Part shown: positions 20,811 to 32,400 of the stretch, one piece after another | Numbering within the stretch: position 1 is the first letter of the stretch | How the letters are laid out: the number at the start of each line of letters is the position of its first letter | Source of the DNA: Candidatus Heimdallarchaeota archaeon | Lineage (GTDB): Archaea > Asgardarchaeota > Heimdallarchaeia > Heimdallarchaeales > Heimdallarchaeaceae | Direction of reading: 5' to 3' | NCBI GenBank assembly: GCA_019057815.1 | Contig: JAHLWR010000027.1 | Coordinates: 1-47,106 of the forward strand | DNA: 47,106 bases | Translations under genes and position numbers: made by a program | The notes under the pieces: generated by a model | Database searches by the model: none | What the model saw: only the letters and a program-made list of their open reading frames with translations | Told to the model about the DNA's origin: nothing

Positions 20811-23800
20811 GCCTACGCCATGCAGTGGATGACTCGGCTAGGGAGCCGATGAAGGACGCGGTAAGCGGCGAAATGCTGCGGGGAGGCGCAAACAGCCAAC
20901 GATCCGCAGGTATCCGAATCGGATTCCGGTTATAGTCTAATAAACTGTAACAACCAGTAATGGTGGGGAACGCAGGGAACCAAAACATTCAAGTACCTGC
21001 AGGAAAAGAAAACAAAAGTGATTCCGTTAGTAACGGCGAGTAAAAGCGGAATAGGCCAAACCGAATTCCTCTTTCGAAAGATAGAGGTGGATGTGGTGTT
21101 TTGACTACAATATGGACCGTATGCGCTAAGTCGAAGTTCTCTGGAAAGAGATATCATAGAGGGTAATAATCCCGTAGACGTAAACGCACGGCCTAGTAGT
21201 ATCAAGATTAGTGTGGCTTGGATCTGTCGCACAAATCTGGGAGGACTAACTCCCAAGCCTAAATACTCCCCTAGACCGATAGCGCACTAGTAACGCGAGT
21301 GAAAGTTGAAAAGTATTCGAAGTACGAGAGTGAAAAGTACCTGAAGTTGCATGGTAACAGACGTGGATGGCTTGAAAGGGTAGATTCTCACCGAAGGAAC
21401 TCACCGTAAGGTGTTAGTACGAGGTGAGAGGACCAGAGTCATCCGTTCCGTCTCGAAACACGGGTCGAGGAGTTCAGGCTTGTGGCGAGCCTAAATTTAT
21501 ATGGTGGCGTAGCGAAAGCGACCAGCGCGCAGCTTCGGCAAGGCGCGACGTCCTATAAGGGCGTGAAGTCACAGGTCTGAGACCCGAAAGCAGTTGATCT
21601 ATCCCTGGATAAGATGAAGCGCTTCGAAAGGAGCGTGGAGGTCTGAAAGGTTTCTAATATGCAATTTGTTCCTATGATCTGGGGATAGTGGCAAAAGACC
21701 AATCTAAACTGCTGATAGCTGGTTCCCCCCGAAGTATAACCACAGTATAGCGTCGTTGGAGGTTGCATGTGAGGTAGAGCTACGGACGGGAGAATCCGGG
21801 GAGTGAAATCCTCGATCTTCCTTCCAACTCCGAACTTGCATGCACCGTAGAAGGCGACAGACGGGCGCGTATCCGCAAGGGATATGGCCGAAAGGGGAAC
21901 AACCCTTCGATGGGTTAAGGGCCCTAAATCCCGGTTAAATGTTAAACAGAATGGCGTCCACGGACTAAAACAATGAGGCGGTAAGCTTAGAAGCAGCTAT
22001 CCGTTAAAAAAAGCGTAACAGCTTACTCATCGAGTTTTTGGGCCCAGAAAATGGACGGGGCTAAACCGGGTCCCGATACCCATCCGAACTCCAAAAGAGT
22101 TTTGGGTAGGGGGGCGACCTGGCTGGATCGAAGCTGGGGGGTGATCCCCAGTGAACCGGTCAGGTTTGCAGATCTCGACGGTAGTAGGAGCATAGTGAGG
22201 TGGGAATCCTCACCGCCGAAAGCCCAAGGGTTCCTTGGCACTGATCGTCAGCCAAGGGTTAGTCGGTCCTAAGGGTGAACTTAACATGAATCACTCGAAA
22301 GGGAAACAGGTTCATATTCCTGTACCGCGCATATAGATGTGGCGACACAAGCTCTGAGCTAACACTGGTGGGTAGGTGGCCTAGGAGAATATCCTAGTTA
22401 AATTTAGAAATCTGGGAAGAACCGTTAAGGTGAGAACCAGAAGAATAGATGAATAGGCTGGCCATAGGTTGCTGGCTGCCATCGATCCCAACAGTCCGTG
22501 AAAAAGCAAAGAGAGCAATTATGCGCGACCGTACCCAGAACCGACACAGGTGTGGCTAGTTGAAAAGACTAAGGCGTGTTAGGGTATCTCGGGTGAAGGA
22601 AATCGGCAAATTAGTCCTGTATCTTGGGTATAAGGGATGCCTGGAGAGGTGCAAGCCTCACCAGGTCGCAGTGACAAGGGGCACCCGACTGTTTAATAAA
22701 AACATAGCAAACTGCAAGGGCGAAAGCCTGTGTACAGTTTGTGAATCCTGGCCGGTGCTGGTGATTCAAACCTAGGTTCAACTAGGCTAAGACCCAGTAA
22801 ACGCCGGAGCTAACTATGAGCTTCTTAAGGTAGGCAAATGCCTTGTCTGCTAATTACAGACGTCCATGAAGGGACCAACGAGGTGCCCACTGTCTCCACC
22901 CGAATCCTACTGAACCCACAGTCCAGCGAACAGTCTGGAGAGCACCATCGGGAAGAGAAGACCCTGTGGAGCTTTACTGCTGTCAGGGGCTGTTATATTG
23001 GTGTGCATGCATAGCATAGTCAGGAGATGCTAATTGCGTATTCTCCGGGATACGCAGGAGTCGATCTTGAAATACTGACCTTGTGCATTGGTATGACTTA
23101 CCTCTTGCGAGGGGGACACCCCCTGCCTGGCAGTTTCACTGGGGCGGTAGCCTCTTGAAAAGATATCAAGAGGGCCCAAAGCCAAGCTCAACCGGGACAG
23201 AAATCCGGTGTAGAGTGCAAGGGCAAAAGCTTGGTTGACTGTGAACTCAATTACACGGTTCGCAGATGTTAACGCAGGGCCTAGCGATCCTTCGCATTGT
23301 CATTAGTAGACGGCGGAGGTGGCAGAAAAGTTACCCCAGGGGTAACTACACTTTGACAATTACACTTTCAAAGTGGCAAACGAAAGGGAACTTTTCTTCT
23401 GATTCTTTTTAAGGGTCGCAAAAGAGCTTCAAATAGGTGTCAATATATTTCCGGTGTTCAAGTGAGAACAAAAAAAGATTTTCGTCAATCATTTTATGGC
23501 TTTATTATACTTGAGCAGATGAATCCGTAACCTAAAAACCATCAAAAAAGTAAAGTAATACCCTTAAAAGGAAGAAGAGCCATTCTGAAAGTGTGAGGTC
23601 AATGGTTGTTAGATAGGTAACTGGCCAAAAAAAAGGCTGACAACTGATCTGACAAACCAATGTCGATTAAAGGCAAGTGTAGCCCTGAACAGAGTTGTCG
23701 TGGGTAAGAGTTCACATCGACCTCACGGCTTGCTACCTCGATGTCGGCTCTTCCTAGCTTGGCGGTGATTCAGCTGCCAAGAGTGGGGTTGTACGCCCAT

Positions 23801-24175
23801 TAAAAGGGAACGTGAGCTGGGTTTAGACCGTTGTGAGACAGGTTGGATTCTATCTGATGGTGCTGACGGGAAATTGAGAGCAAAACCTCCACAGTACGAG
23901 AGGAACAGGCGGTTGGGGCCGCTGGTGTACCGGTTGTCTTACAAGGCATTGCCGGGTAGCTAAGCCCTTGACGATAAGAGCGGAAAGCATCTATGCTCGA
24001 AGCGTTTCTCGAAACGAGTTTCCCATTCTACCTCATATGGAGGGGTTGGCGACAACAACTCTGAGGAAAGACGAGAGCGCGAAAAGAAGATTCGTTTGAT
24101 AGAGCAGGGGTGTACGCGTCGAGCTTCGGCGAGATGTTTAGCCTACTGCTACTAACTGCCCAAGCGTAGTTAGGC
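20811..24175 (+). rRNA. rrl: Archaeal 23S rRNA, containing a 344-nt intron
   Basis: GCCGATGAAGGACG; CCGATAGCGCACTAGTA; GACTGTTTAATAAAAACA; ACCTCGATGTCGGCT; sarcin-ricin loop AGTACGAGAGGAAC. The 5' and 3' ends pair. Confidence 0.99.
23345..23688 (+). other. 344-nt archaeal-type rRNA intron in the peptidyl-transferase loop (between E. coli-equivalent A2450 and A2451)
   Basis: Interrupts CAGGGGTA|ACAGAG. Terminal stem CTACACTT/AAGTGTAG and a GGGG/CCCT helix with 3-nt bulges TA|A and GA|A. No intact ORF. Confidence 0.88.
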
Positions 24176-24179
24176 CAAA

Positions 24180-24255
24180 TTGAGAAGATCAGTTCGTCAG
24201 ATACTTGGAGAGTTCTTGTCAGCACATCTTTTTTTTTATTTTTCTTTCTTTTCTT
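24180..24255 (+). terminator. 3' arm of the 23S processing stem followed by a poly-T terminator
   Basis: Complement of 20746-20794, then a T-rich tract at 24229-24255. Confidence 0.85.
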
Positions 24256-24642
24256 TGGAGAACTGAAAAAAACATATTATTGTTGCTATTACGAGAATTG
24301 CCATAATAATTCCTCGGGATAGTAGTAAAACTTCAAAGAGCATTAGTATTAAAATGACTATAATAGTAATTCCAAGAAATAATGAAGTAATATCATGAGA
24401 TTTAAGTGTTTTTCTTTTGAAATAAGCTTGAGAAACAATGAATAATATTAAAGCTATTAGAAAAAAATAATGAATGGGATTCTTAATGTGTTAAGATCTG
24501 CAAACACATCAGAATTTACAACTACAAGATAGATTATTGAAAATGCTAGAAAAGAATAAATAATATATTTAGTTGTTCTTTCTATAGTCTCTCCTGTACT
24601 TAATTTCTCTCTTAGAGGTTCTTCAAGTGTAATTTTAATCAC
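24240..24642 (-). pseudogene. Small multi-TM membrane protein with a frameshift
   Basis: The 61-aa ORF continues as hydrophobic helices (LIALILFIVSQAYF...) after a 1-nt shift in the homopolymer at 24461-24467. Confidence 0.55.
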
Positions 24643-24817
24643 ATTAATAACTATTTTATTTTTATACTTACATTTCCCATTTTTAAATCATTTTAAAAGT
24701 TTCTAGCTAGAAAGGTTTGGGAATTAATTTTTTAAGAAATGATGAATTTTGAATAATGTGAATATGACATTAGTCTCTTTTCCAAAAAGATATTAGTTTA
24801 ATTTTCTTAATTTGATT

Positions 24818-25645
24818 ATGTTAAATCAGAAAAGAACAGAAGTCCTAAAATATCTTGAAAATTTGAAATATCAATCTGTCATTGAAAGGATGATAAGGAA
24901 TCGATTAGAAAGAATTGAAATCTCAAAAGATAAAGAAAAATGTAGAACTCCTCATTTTTGTTTTAAAAGATTACAAATATATAAAAAGAATATCAATCAT
25001 TTAGAAGAAATTAGAAAAAAACGTAGAGGAAAAAGCTACAAAGTAAATATTACAATAGTTATTCCAAGAACTGATGAAGAGATAAAGAACCTTGCTAAAA
25101 AAGCTTCAATATATTTCTCTCAGGGCTCTGAAATGTATAAGACATCGTTTGATATGAACATTAATTCTAGCCCTATTATTGAATATTATGCATTATTACA
25201 AATAGTGAAAGGAGTAATACTACTAGAACTTGATGTTGAAACAGGAAGTTTTTTCGGAGCTCATGGATTAGTGCGCAAGAGTAATATTTCACCAGACATT
25301 GTTCATCAAACAAGAATAAAAACTCATGGTGTTTTTACAGCATTATTAATTCGTTGTACCCAGTATTTGAAACAAGAAGATGGAACAAGGATTTTTGCTA
25401 TGGATAAGTATTTTTATAAATATAATCCAACTTTGAGAGAGATGGTTAATAGTCGTACATTATCTAGCATTCCAGATGCATTCATTTTTACTTGGATGCT
25501 TTCAGAAATTGCTAGATATCAACCTGAAAAATGGAAAGAAATATGTGATGGTGAGGAGAGTGACTGGATCGTTCATATTAATAAGTTTAAAGAAGAAATT
25601 TTACCTGATGTAATTCGTAGTTTAATAACATCACATCTGGAATAG
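24818..25645 (+). CDS. YaaC-like protein
   Basis: SPIIEYYALLQIVKG, AHGL and LSEIARYQPEKW motifs. Confidence 0.7.
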   Translation: MLNQKRTEVLKYLENLKYQSVIERMIRNRLERIEISKDKEKCRTPHFCFKRLQIYKKNINHLEEIRKKRRGKSYKVNITIVIPRTDEEIKNLAKKASIYFSQGSEMYKTSFDMNINSSPIIEYYALLQIVKGVILLELDVETGSFFGAHGLVRKSNISPDIVHQTRIKTHGVFTALLIRCTQYLKQEDGTRIFAMDKYFYKYNPTLREMVNSRTLSSIPDAFIFTWMLSEIARYQPEKWKEICDGEESDWIVHINKFKEEILPDVIRSLITSHLE

Positions 25646-25884
25646 ATAATAAGAACATCATTCTTACCTCATCTGGAACTATTTAATGATGAATTTGTAT
25701 TTCTGGAATTTTCTATTCGTTGCTTCACATAATTCAATATCATTTATCAAAGAATATTCTCTATACAAAGAAGAAGCTAATTCGCAATTTGAACTATCAA
25801 CCACACCTTTATCTTGCTAATCTTTAAACAATCAGGGATGAAAAATTAAAAAGAGTATCTTAAACCGCTTTCTTTAAATTTGAT

Positions 25885-26766
25885 CTATTTTACTTTATTG
25901 TACCAATTGTTGAATTTTTTATACAGATTTGTATTTTTTAGAAACTGTTTCTCATAAGACAAATATACAGAGTGTATATTGATTATTTCTTTTCTATAAC
26001 CTCGTAGATTTCTGTTCAAATAATATACAAAGATCTGCATAACATCTTTACCATGACATAATTGTAAAAGATCTTGCTCATTGAAATATTTCTCATATTC
26101 AATCAACTTTTTCTTTACATGTCTGAGTTTTATGTTAGGTGATGAATCACACTTGTGTGATAATATTTTCTTAATACATTCTTCTTCTGATGTGAACTTA
26201 CATTCTTCAAAAAATAAATTTACATTGCCATCAACGTAGTAATTAAGTTTTTTGAAACTACAGAACCATTCTTCTTTTAAGTTTAGAAACCTAAGTTTTC
26301 CTAGAATTTTCGCCTTTTCTAGAACAAATCTAGATAAGTTCTCATCTCCATTCATTAATTTTTTGACTAAATCTTTGTCTACTTTTAAATCTACAATTTT
26401 TTGCAGTGTACCAAACATAAGAATATCCATCTCTAGATCATGATTGTCTGTTAATATAATATTCAAGTCATTTGGTTCTATTTTCAATATTCTATCAAAA
26501 TCTGCATCTATAATTGTACAAAAATATGCTGATGTTTGATTACATCTAGCTAACTCAATAGCCCTTCCTTTTGAATAATCACAATATTTTGCAACATGAA
26601 TATAAAAGTCTCCTTTATCTAGATCTAGGTTTCTTCTATAGAAATCTCTATCATCATTTCCTTCAACTATAAGTACAAACTTTTGTCCTCTGAGATTAAA
26701 TTGAATTAGATTTAAGCTTTCATCAAGAGTATATTCCAAGTTTTTCCTAGAACTTTGATTACTCAT
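25885..26766 (-). CDS. DUF4435/TOPRIM-like protein (PARIS AriB-like)
   Basis: IVEGNDD, IDADFD, DNHDLE and HGKD motifs. Overlaps the ATPase stop codon. Confidence 0.8.
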   Translation of the reverse strand: MSNQSSRKNLEYTLDESLNLIQFNLRGQKFVLIVEGNDDRDFYRRNLDLDKGDFYIHVAKYCDYSKGRAIELARCNQTSAYFCTIIDADFDRILKIEPNDLNIILTDNHDLEMDILMFGTLQKIVDLKVDKDLVKKLMNGDENLSRFVLEKAKILGKLRFLNLKEEWFCSFKKLNYYVDGNVNLFFEECKFTSEEECIKKILSHKCDSSPNIKLRHVKKKLIEYEKYFNEQDLLQLCHGKDVMQIFVYYLNRNLRGYRKEIINIHSVYLSYEKQFLKNTNLYKKFNNWYNKVK

Positions 26767-28176
26767 TTGATGTTGGAACCTCCAATAATAACATGTGCTC
26801 CCTAAAACGTGAAACTATTGAAGGAGAGTGAGTTGCCACAATAAACCTTAATTGTGATTGTTTACTTAGTTCTAGCATATCTTCTAGAAATTCTTCTTGC
26901 CATTTTACATGAAGTGAAATTTCAGGTTCATCAATCAGTACAATTGATTTTTCCGGCGCTACAAAAATAAAGAAATATGCTATTATAACGATGTGTTGTT
27001 CTCCAGAGGATAGCATCCAAGGTTCAATTATTGTTTCATCATGGATTCTAAATTGTATCCCCTCTCTTCTTGAAAGTATAAGCTCCTTACCACTTAGATG
27101 ATTTGAAATGAAATCAGTAAACGTGTAAACCTTAGGCTTAATATCTTTGAATGTTTCAAATTTCTTCTTTAGACCGTTTGAAAGTACATTTAGTGCATCA
27201 AGTAACCCTGGTGCAATGTGCCCTTCTTTTTCTAATAATATTCTTGCTCGTTTTGTTTCAGTTGCTGGTCCTTCATATAATCCTAATTCAATAAGCTCAT
27301 TTTCTTGTTTGTCTATATTTTCTAACTCTATCTTCAAGTTTCTCTTCGCTTCATCCTGCTCAATTTGGTTCTTTGCCTTTAATTCCTCAATAAGAAGTTC
27401 AAAAAATTGACTGTCACATTCTCTACTAATTCGAGCGCTTCTATCTGCAACTTCTCCAATTTTTTCCGCAAAATCTTCTTTAATATACTCTAAGGGATTT
27501 TTCGGATATTTTGTCCGTCGTTCTACCCTTCAAAAACGATTTCTAACTCTTCTACTCTTCCTTTCTTCATAATGAGGTTTTAAACCTGTAATACTTGATG
27601 TAATCTCTAGTCTATTAGTTTGAATGAAAAATGAGTTTAGGTCTCTTAGATAGTACTCGATTTTTTGTTCAAATTCATATGTACTTATTCTACTTAAGTG
27701 GTCAATTGCGTCTGAAAAATCTTCTAGCACTTTACCAGTTCTAGTGTCTATCAATGGAAAATCGTCATCATCATCTTTAGCTACAAAATACCCTAATTTC
27801 AATAAATAACTAAGAAATTCCTTAGGTTCTGAGAATTTCTTAGAAATACTTTCTTTATCAAATTTGAGTAAATTTCCTTTTACAATTGTTTTTCCATTAC
27901 TATTTTGAATCTCACAACTTAAATCTTTGGATTTTATATTTGTAAATATTATTTTTTCTTTTTTATTAAAAATGAATGAAATAGAATTAAATTTGCAATT
28001 CAGAGCCTTCATGTAGTTTTTTGTTAAAATGAATTTATTATTTTTAAAAGAGTTGTCTTACCAGAACCATTAAACCCATGAAGGATTGTAAGAGGTTTTA
28101 GATGAAATTCATAACTATAACGATTTAATAATTCTTTCACATGGATTTCAGCAATATTTTCAACTTTCAGTTCCAT
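26759..28176 (-). pseudogene. AAA_21/ABC-type ATPase (PARIS AriA-like), disrupted
   Basis: ATG 28176 and Walker A HGFNGSGKTT; 1-nt frameshift at ~28027-28030; in-frame TGA at 27530-27532; LSSGEQ, LIDEPEISLH and ATHS at the C-terminus. Confidence 0.85.
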
Positions 28177-28475
28177 ATTTGCTCACTTATTTTTGTATTT
28201 AAGTAAGAAATACTGTTTATATCTGTTTTGTTTATCTCTTTTTCTGATTGTATTTAATGTTAAAGACGAGAAATAATTTCTAAGATGCTTGTTTAAACTT
28301 CTTCATTATAGTAACAAATTTTGGTATTTGAACACTAAAGATAATTGTACAAAATGGTATCCAATGCTCATCTACTCAATAGCTTTGAGAAGTCAAAGAT
28401 TGTAGATATTGTCCCTTCCTCTTATTTTTCTACATTTACTTTTATACATAAAAGGTCAACAGATAATTTTATTGA

Positions 28476-29375
28476 TCAAGTCTTGTTTTTTTCTTCGCTT
28501 TTATCCTCTTTTTTATTTTCACTTGTTATTGTTTTTTCTTCTTCTTTCTCTTTTCCTTCTTTATCGCTTTCGACAGATACTTCCTTCTCTTTATTCTTCT
28601 TCTTTGAGAACAAGTCTAAGATTTTTTTCTTTTGCTTTGAGAACAAGTCTAAGATTTTTTTCTTTTGCTTTGAGAACAAGTCTAAGAGTGAATCTATCCA
28701 CAAGCTTACCGTATTGAGTATTGGTACTCCTTGTTTTTCTATTATCAACGCAAAGAAAATTGTCCCAAAGAAGCCAATAGGCTTACCTAAAACGTCATGT
28801 GTCCACATCCACGCTTGGTCGTACCCTACCCCATAACTGTCCATTAGTGTCAATGTCATTCCTATTGTTAGCGCTATCCTTAGGAAATTTCCTAATACTA
28901 AGGCTATCGTCGAATATGCTGTTGCTTTTATTTTCTTCCCAAACTCTGCTGGTGTTACTATTATCAATGCCATCAGTAAAGCCCCTGCTTGCATTCCTGT
29001 GCATGCTCTTACTACCGCAAATCTTCTGAAGTAGTTTGCTGATCTTATCACTGGTGTCATTCCATCGTGTCCATCTAGTCCTGTCACGAAAAATATGAAA
29101 TTATCGAAAAACCCATTTCCTGCATCTGCGTACTCCCAATAGTATAGTGCTACTGGTTCTTTTATTACCGCATATCTGTATAATTTCAGTGCTTCAAAAA
29201 CTGTGTCACTTGTAATTTTCTCCAAAAAGAAATAGTCTGGTACAAAGTAGAATATTACTGTTAGAACTACCACTGTCACAAAAGAGATCAAAGCATATTT
29301 TCCTTTGTTTTTCCCTTTCAAATCCAATAAGAATCGCGGGTTTTTTTGTGTTTCTTTTTTACTCTCTTTTGCCAT
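28476..29375 (-). CDS. Archaeosortase/exosortase family protein
   Basis: VVRACTG (Cys), GNFLRI (Arg) and WTHD (His) triad with a multi-TM topology. Confidence 0.85.
   Translation of the reverse strand: MAKESKKETQKNPRFLLDLKGKNKGKYALISFVTVVVLTVIFYFVPDYFFLEKITSDTVFEALKLYRYAVIKEPVALYYWEYADAGNGFFDNFIFFVTGLDGHDGMTPVIRSANYFRRFAVVRACTGMQAGALLMALIIVTPAEFGKKIKATAYSTIALVLGNFLRIALTIGMTLTLMDSYGVGYDQAWMWTHDVLGKPIGFFGTIFFALIIEKQGVPILNTVSLWIDSLLDLFSKQKKKILDLFSKQKKKILDLFSKKKNKEKEVSVESDKEGKEKEEEKTITSENKKEDKSEEKNKT
28602..28687. repeat. 33-bp in-frame tandem repeat, about 2.6 copies (LDLFSKQKKKI)
   Basis: CTTTGAGAACAAGTCTAAGATTTTTTTCTTTTG units. Confidence 0.92.
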
Positions 29376-29454
29376 TCTATTTCAAAATCTCTAAAGGCGA
29401 GGAAGTTAAAAAGTATTCGTTTTGTTAAAAGAGCGCTTTTTTTCTCTCTTTTTT

Positions 29455-32400
29455 TCAAGTGTTATTCTTCTTTTTTTCTGCTTGTAGGAAGAAATCCGAT
29501 AGTTTCACTGATTCTTTGACACCTTTCTCTCCCTTTTTCACACCTTTCTCTCCCTTTTTCTCATCTATTACATTAGGACCGAGTAAGGTTTCAACATTGT
29601 GATTTATTAGCGCCAATCTATTCACAAGATATTCTGACAGATTATACTTCTTTATCAACTCATTTGTTATATTGAAGTATTTTGTTACTGATTTCTTGTA
29701 AACTGTCAAATTCAGGTTATCATTCCCACATTTCAGACATACCCCTTTTAGAGGTATTCTTCTATATATTTTATTGCATTTTGTGCATCGTATTTTTTGT
29801 GTTCCAAACGCCCTTAAATTCCCTATCAGGTCAGGTATGAAATGATTGACTATTACTTTATTAGCTACATCTTTTTCATCGACTGCTCGTATTAATTGCG
29901 CTACTTCAAGTTGTGCTTTAACCTTCGTCCCCATTTTGTTTAATCTTTTGTATAGCGTCGATTCAGGTCCATCAAAAATATTTGAAGTTTCGTGCGTGTA
30001 CTTGAATCCTTCATAAGCACTTTCATCATTTAATCTGTTTCTAACTAAATCAACTAGGGCTAGAACAGTTTTTGGGTGTGCCCCAGTTAAGGTGGCCTCA
30101 TAAAAAGAAATAGGATAATTAGAACCAACATCAACATTATGAGCCTCGTCGTCAACCTCTTGAGGATTAATATTAGCAACGAGAACCAAAGGGGCGTCCA
30201 TCAAACCTCCACGAATCGCGGGCAAATAGAATTTGGAGAAGTTGAGAAAAGCGTCTAGAGCTAGTAAAACAGAATCTTCGTCCCCATCACAATTATGAGT
30301 TACTATATTTTCATTAACTAGCACAGTGTTAAAGCTTTCAGCATTTAATGAGTATACAAAATTATCTTTAGTTTTTAAATGCTCAATTGATTCAATTCTG
30401 ATCAATCTATGCTCATGATAGAGTAGTTGTTGAGGTTTTGCTTTTTTTAATTCAATTATATCCTTAAGAACTTTTGTTTTTCTTTCCGTGGTAAACCCTA
30501 TTTCATCATTATATTTGAGAACATTTTCATCTCTAACTCTTAACTTATGTTCTCCTTCCGATCTAGAAATAGCAGAGAAAATACCTAATCTTAGGAGCAA
30601 AAAGTCCAAATCACATATTAAATTTTCACTAAATGATGAACACCACACAGTTTTATGGTATTTGTCACTGCCTCCATCTATACTAAAATAAGCTGCTAAT
30701 AGATACTTTATCTTGGCTAATGGTAATTTTAGAATAAAAGATGGGAGTTTTTTATTACTGGGAGTATTGTGAAGTTTCAGAACATCTTCTAAGAAGTGAT
30801 ATATTACTCTATTGGGAACGATAATTCTACTTCCAGTAATACGCGAATTAACCCCATCTCCAAACACCTTCAGTATTGAATTCAGTATGTCATTTCTTAA
30901 ATCGCTTTCATTAACAGCTAAATCCATTTGATAAATTCTTTTATCCTTACGAAAATAACCTTCTGCGATGTAATAACCAATTAATTTCATAAAAGATTCA
31001 TTAACTTTTATCCTTCTTTTCACTCTAGTATGATCCCTTTGAAAACCAAGAAAACAGTCTGGAACTTGTTTTATAGTAAGTTTATGTAGTTCCAAAAGTT
31101 GCATTAAAATGTTAAATGGGATTGAATCTCTTTTACTATAGTAATTGTGGAGAGTCTTTCTATTTATTCCTATTTTATCAGCAGTTTTAAACAAACCTAG
31201 TTTGTTTACCAAATCTTTTGTTAATTCCTTTATTCCTCTTATCATAAGTTTGTTCCAAATATGCTTATGATTAGGCTTAGAAAACTCTTCCAATAAATCA
31301 AATTCATCTATATCTTTACTTTTTATATTCATACTAGGTAAGAGAAATGTATCTTTTTTTGTTATTTCCAAAGCTTTCTTTTCAACTATTTCTCCTTCAG
31401 AGTAAACTATTGTTGGATGGTTTGGTGTTGTTTCAAAACTGCGTCCAGTAATTAAATTAAAACGAATCAGATGATCTGTACTTGGAGCCTTAATTACATC
31501 TTTAATGTTTGTTAAATCTATTCCAGGATTGTTTTTGTTAAAAGAATAGACTTTGATATCCACCTTTGAATTTTTCTTAACGTATACTTGTTTTTCAACA
31601 AACTCGTTTTTATACAAATCCTCATATAGCTGCTTCATTGTTATTCGTTTAGTTTCTCCTTCAATTTCAACCAGAATTTTAGTATCACCAGGAAAACAGT
31701 TTCTTCTCTTCGCAGCCTGCCAGTATGGGTGAGCCAAGTTTACTTTTGCTTTCGTGAAACCAATAATCCTACCTGTTATCCCTGCTGAAGTATGAGGTGC
31801 TAAGCCTACTATCAATTTCCCAATTAAATCCTCTTTCTTCTTTGCATTGTAATATTTAGGTAGTTCATACACCTTTTCTAGTAATTCATCTATATATTGT
31901 GCTACTTTTACTAGATATTTTCCTCCTTCATCATTCAATACTACATCTTGAATTTTTAATTCTACAATTTGATCCGAACTTACTAAAGGCTTACCATCTT
32001 TATCTGTTGAATATCCATATTTGCGAAGATGTTCAACTTTCACTCCAATCTCTCTTGGTTTGAAGTGGGTCAAGATAGCATCTGTAGAATCAAATCTAAT
32101 TGTACCATCTCTGTAAACAAAAAGATCATGTTTAGCACGTAAAATACCTTTTGCTATTTGTTCTGGGACTCGGGTCTTGTTCATCAATTTTTTTACGGCT
32201 TTAACCCTTTTAGGAAATGGTCCTCCCACTATTTGCTTGGCTTTTTTTACTTCATCATCTATGTGGCAACTGACTCTTGAATAACCAATCGTATCTCTAC
32301 CACATTTAGGACACATAACAGAATCTGTTTCCATTTTACACCAACGACAGGTATAAGAAATCACAGTAGGTGTTTTACAATTTGTACACAGAGTTTGACG

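Noticed and set aside
27530-27532. Selenocysteine or alternative-code reading of the in-frame TGA
   Set aside because: TGA is a normal stop elsewhere in the window, the site is in a variable linker, and the same gene also has a frameshift.
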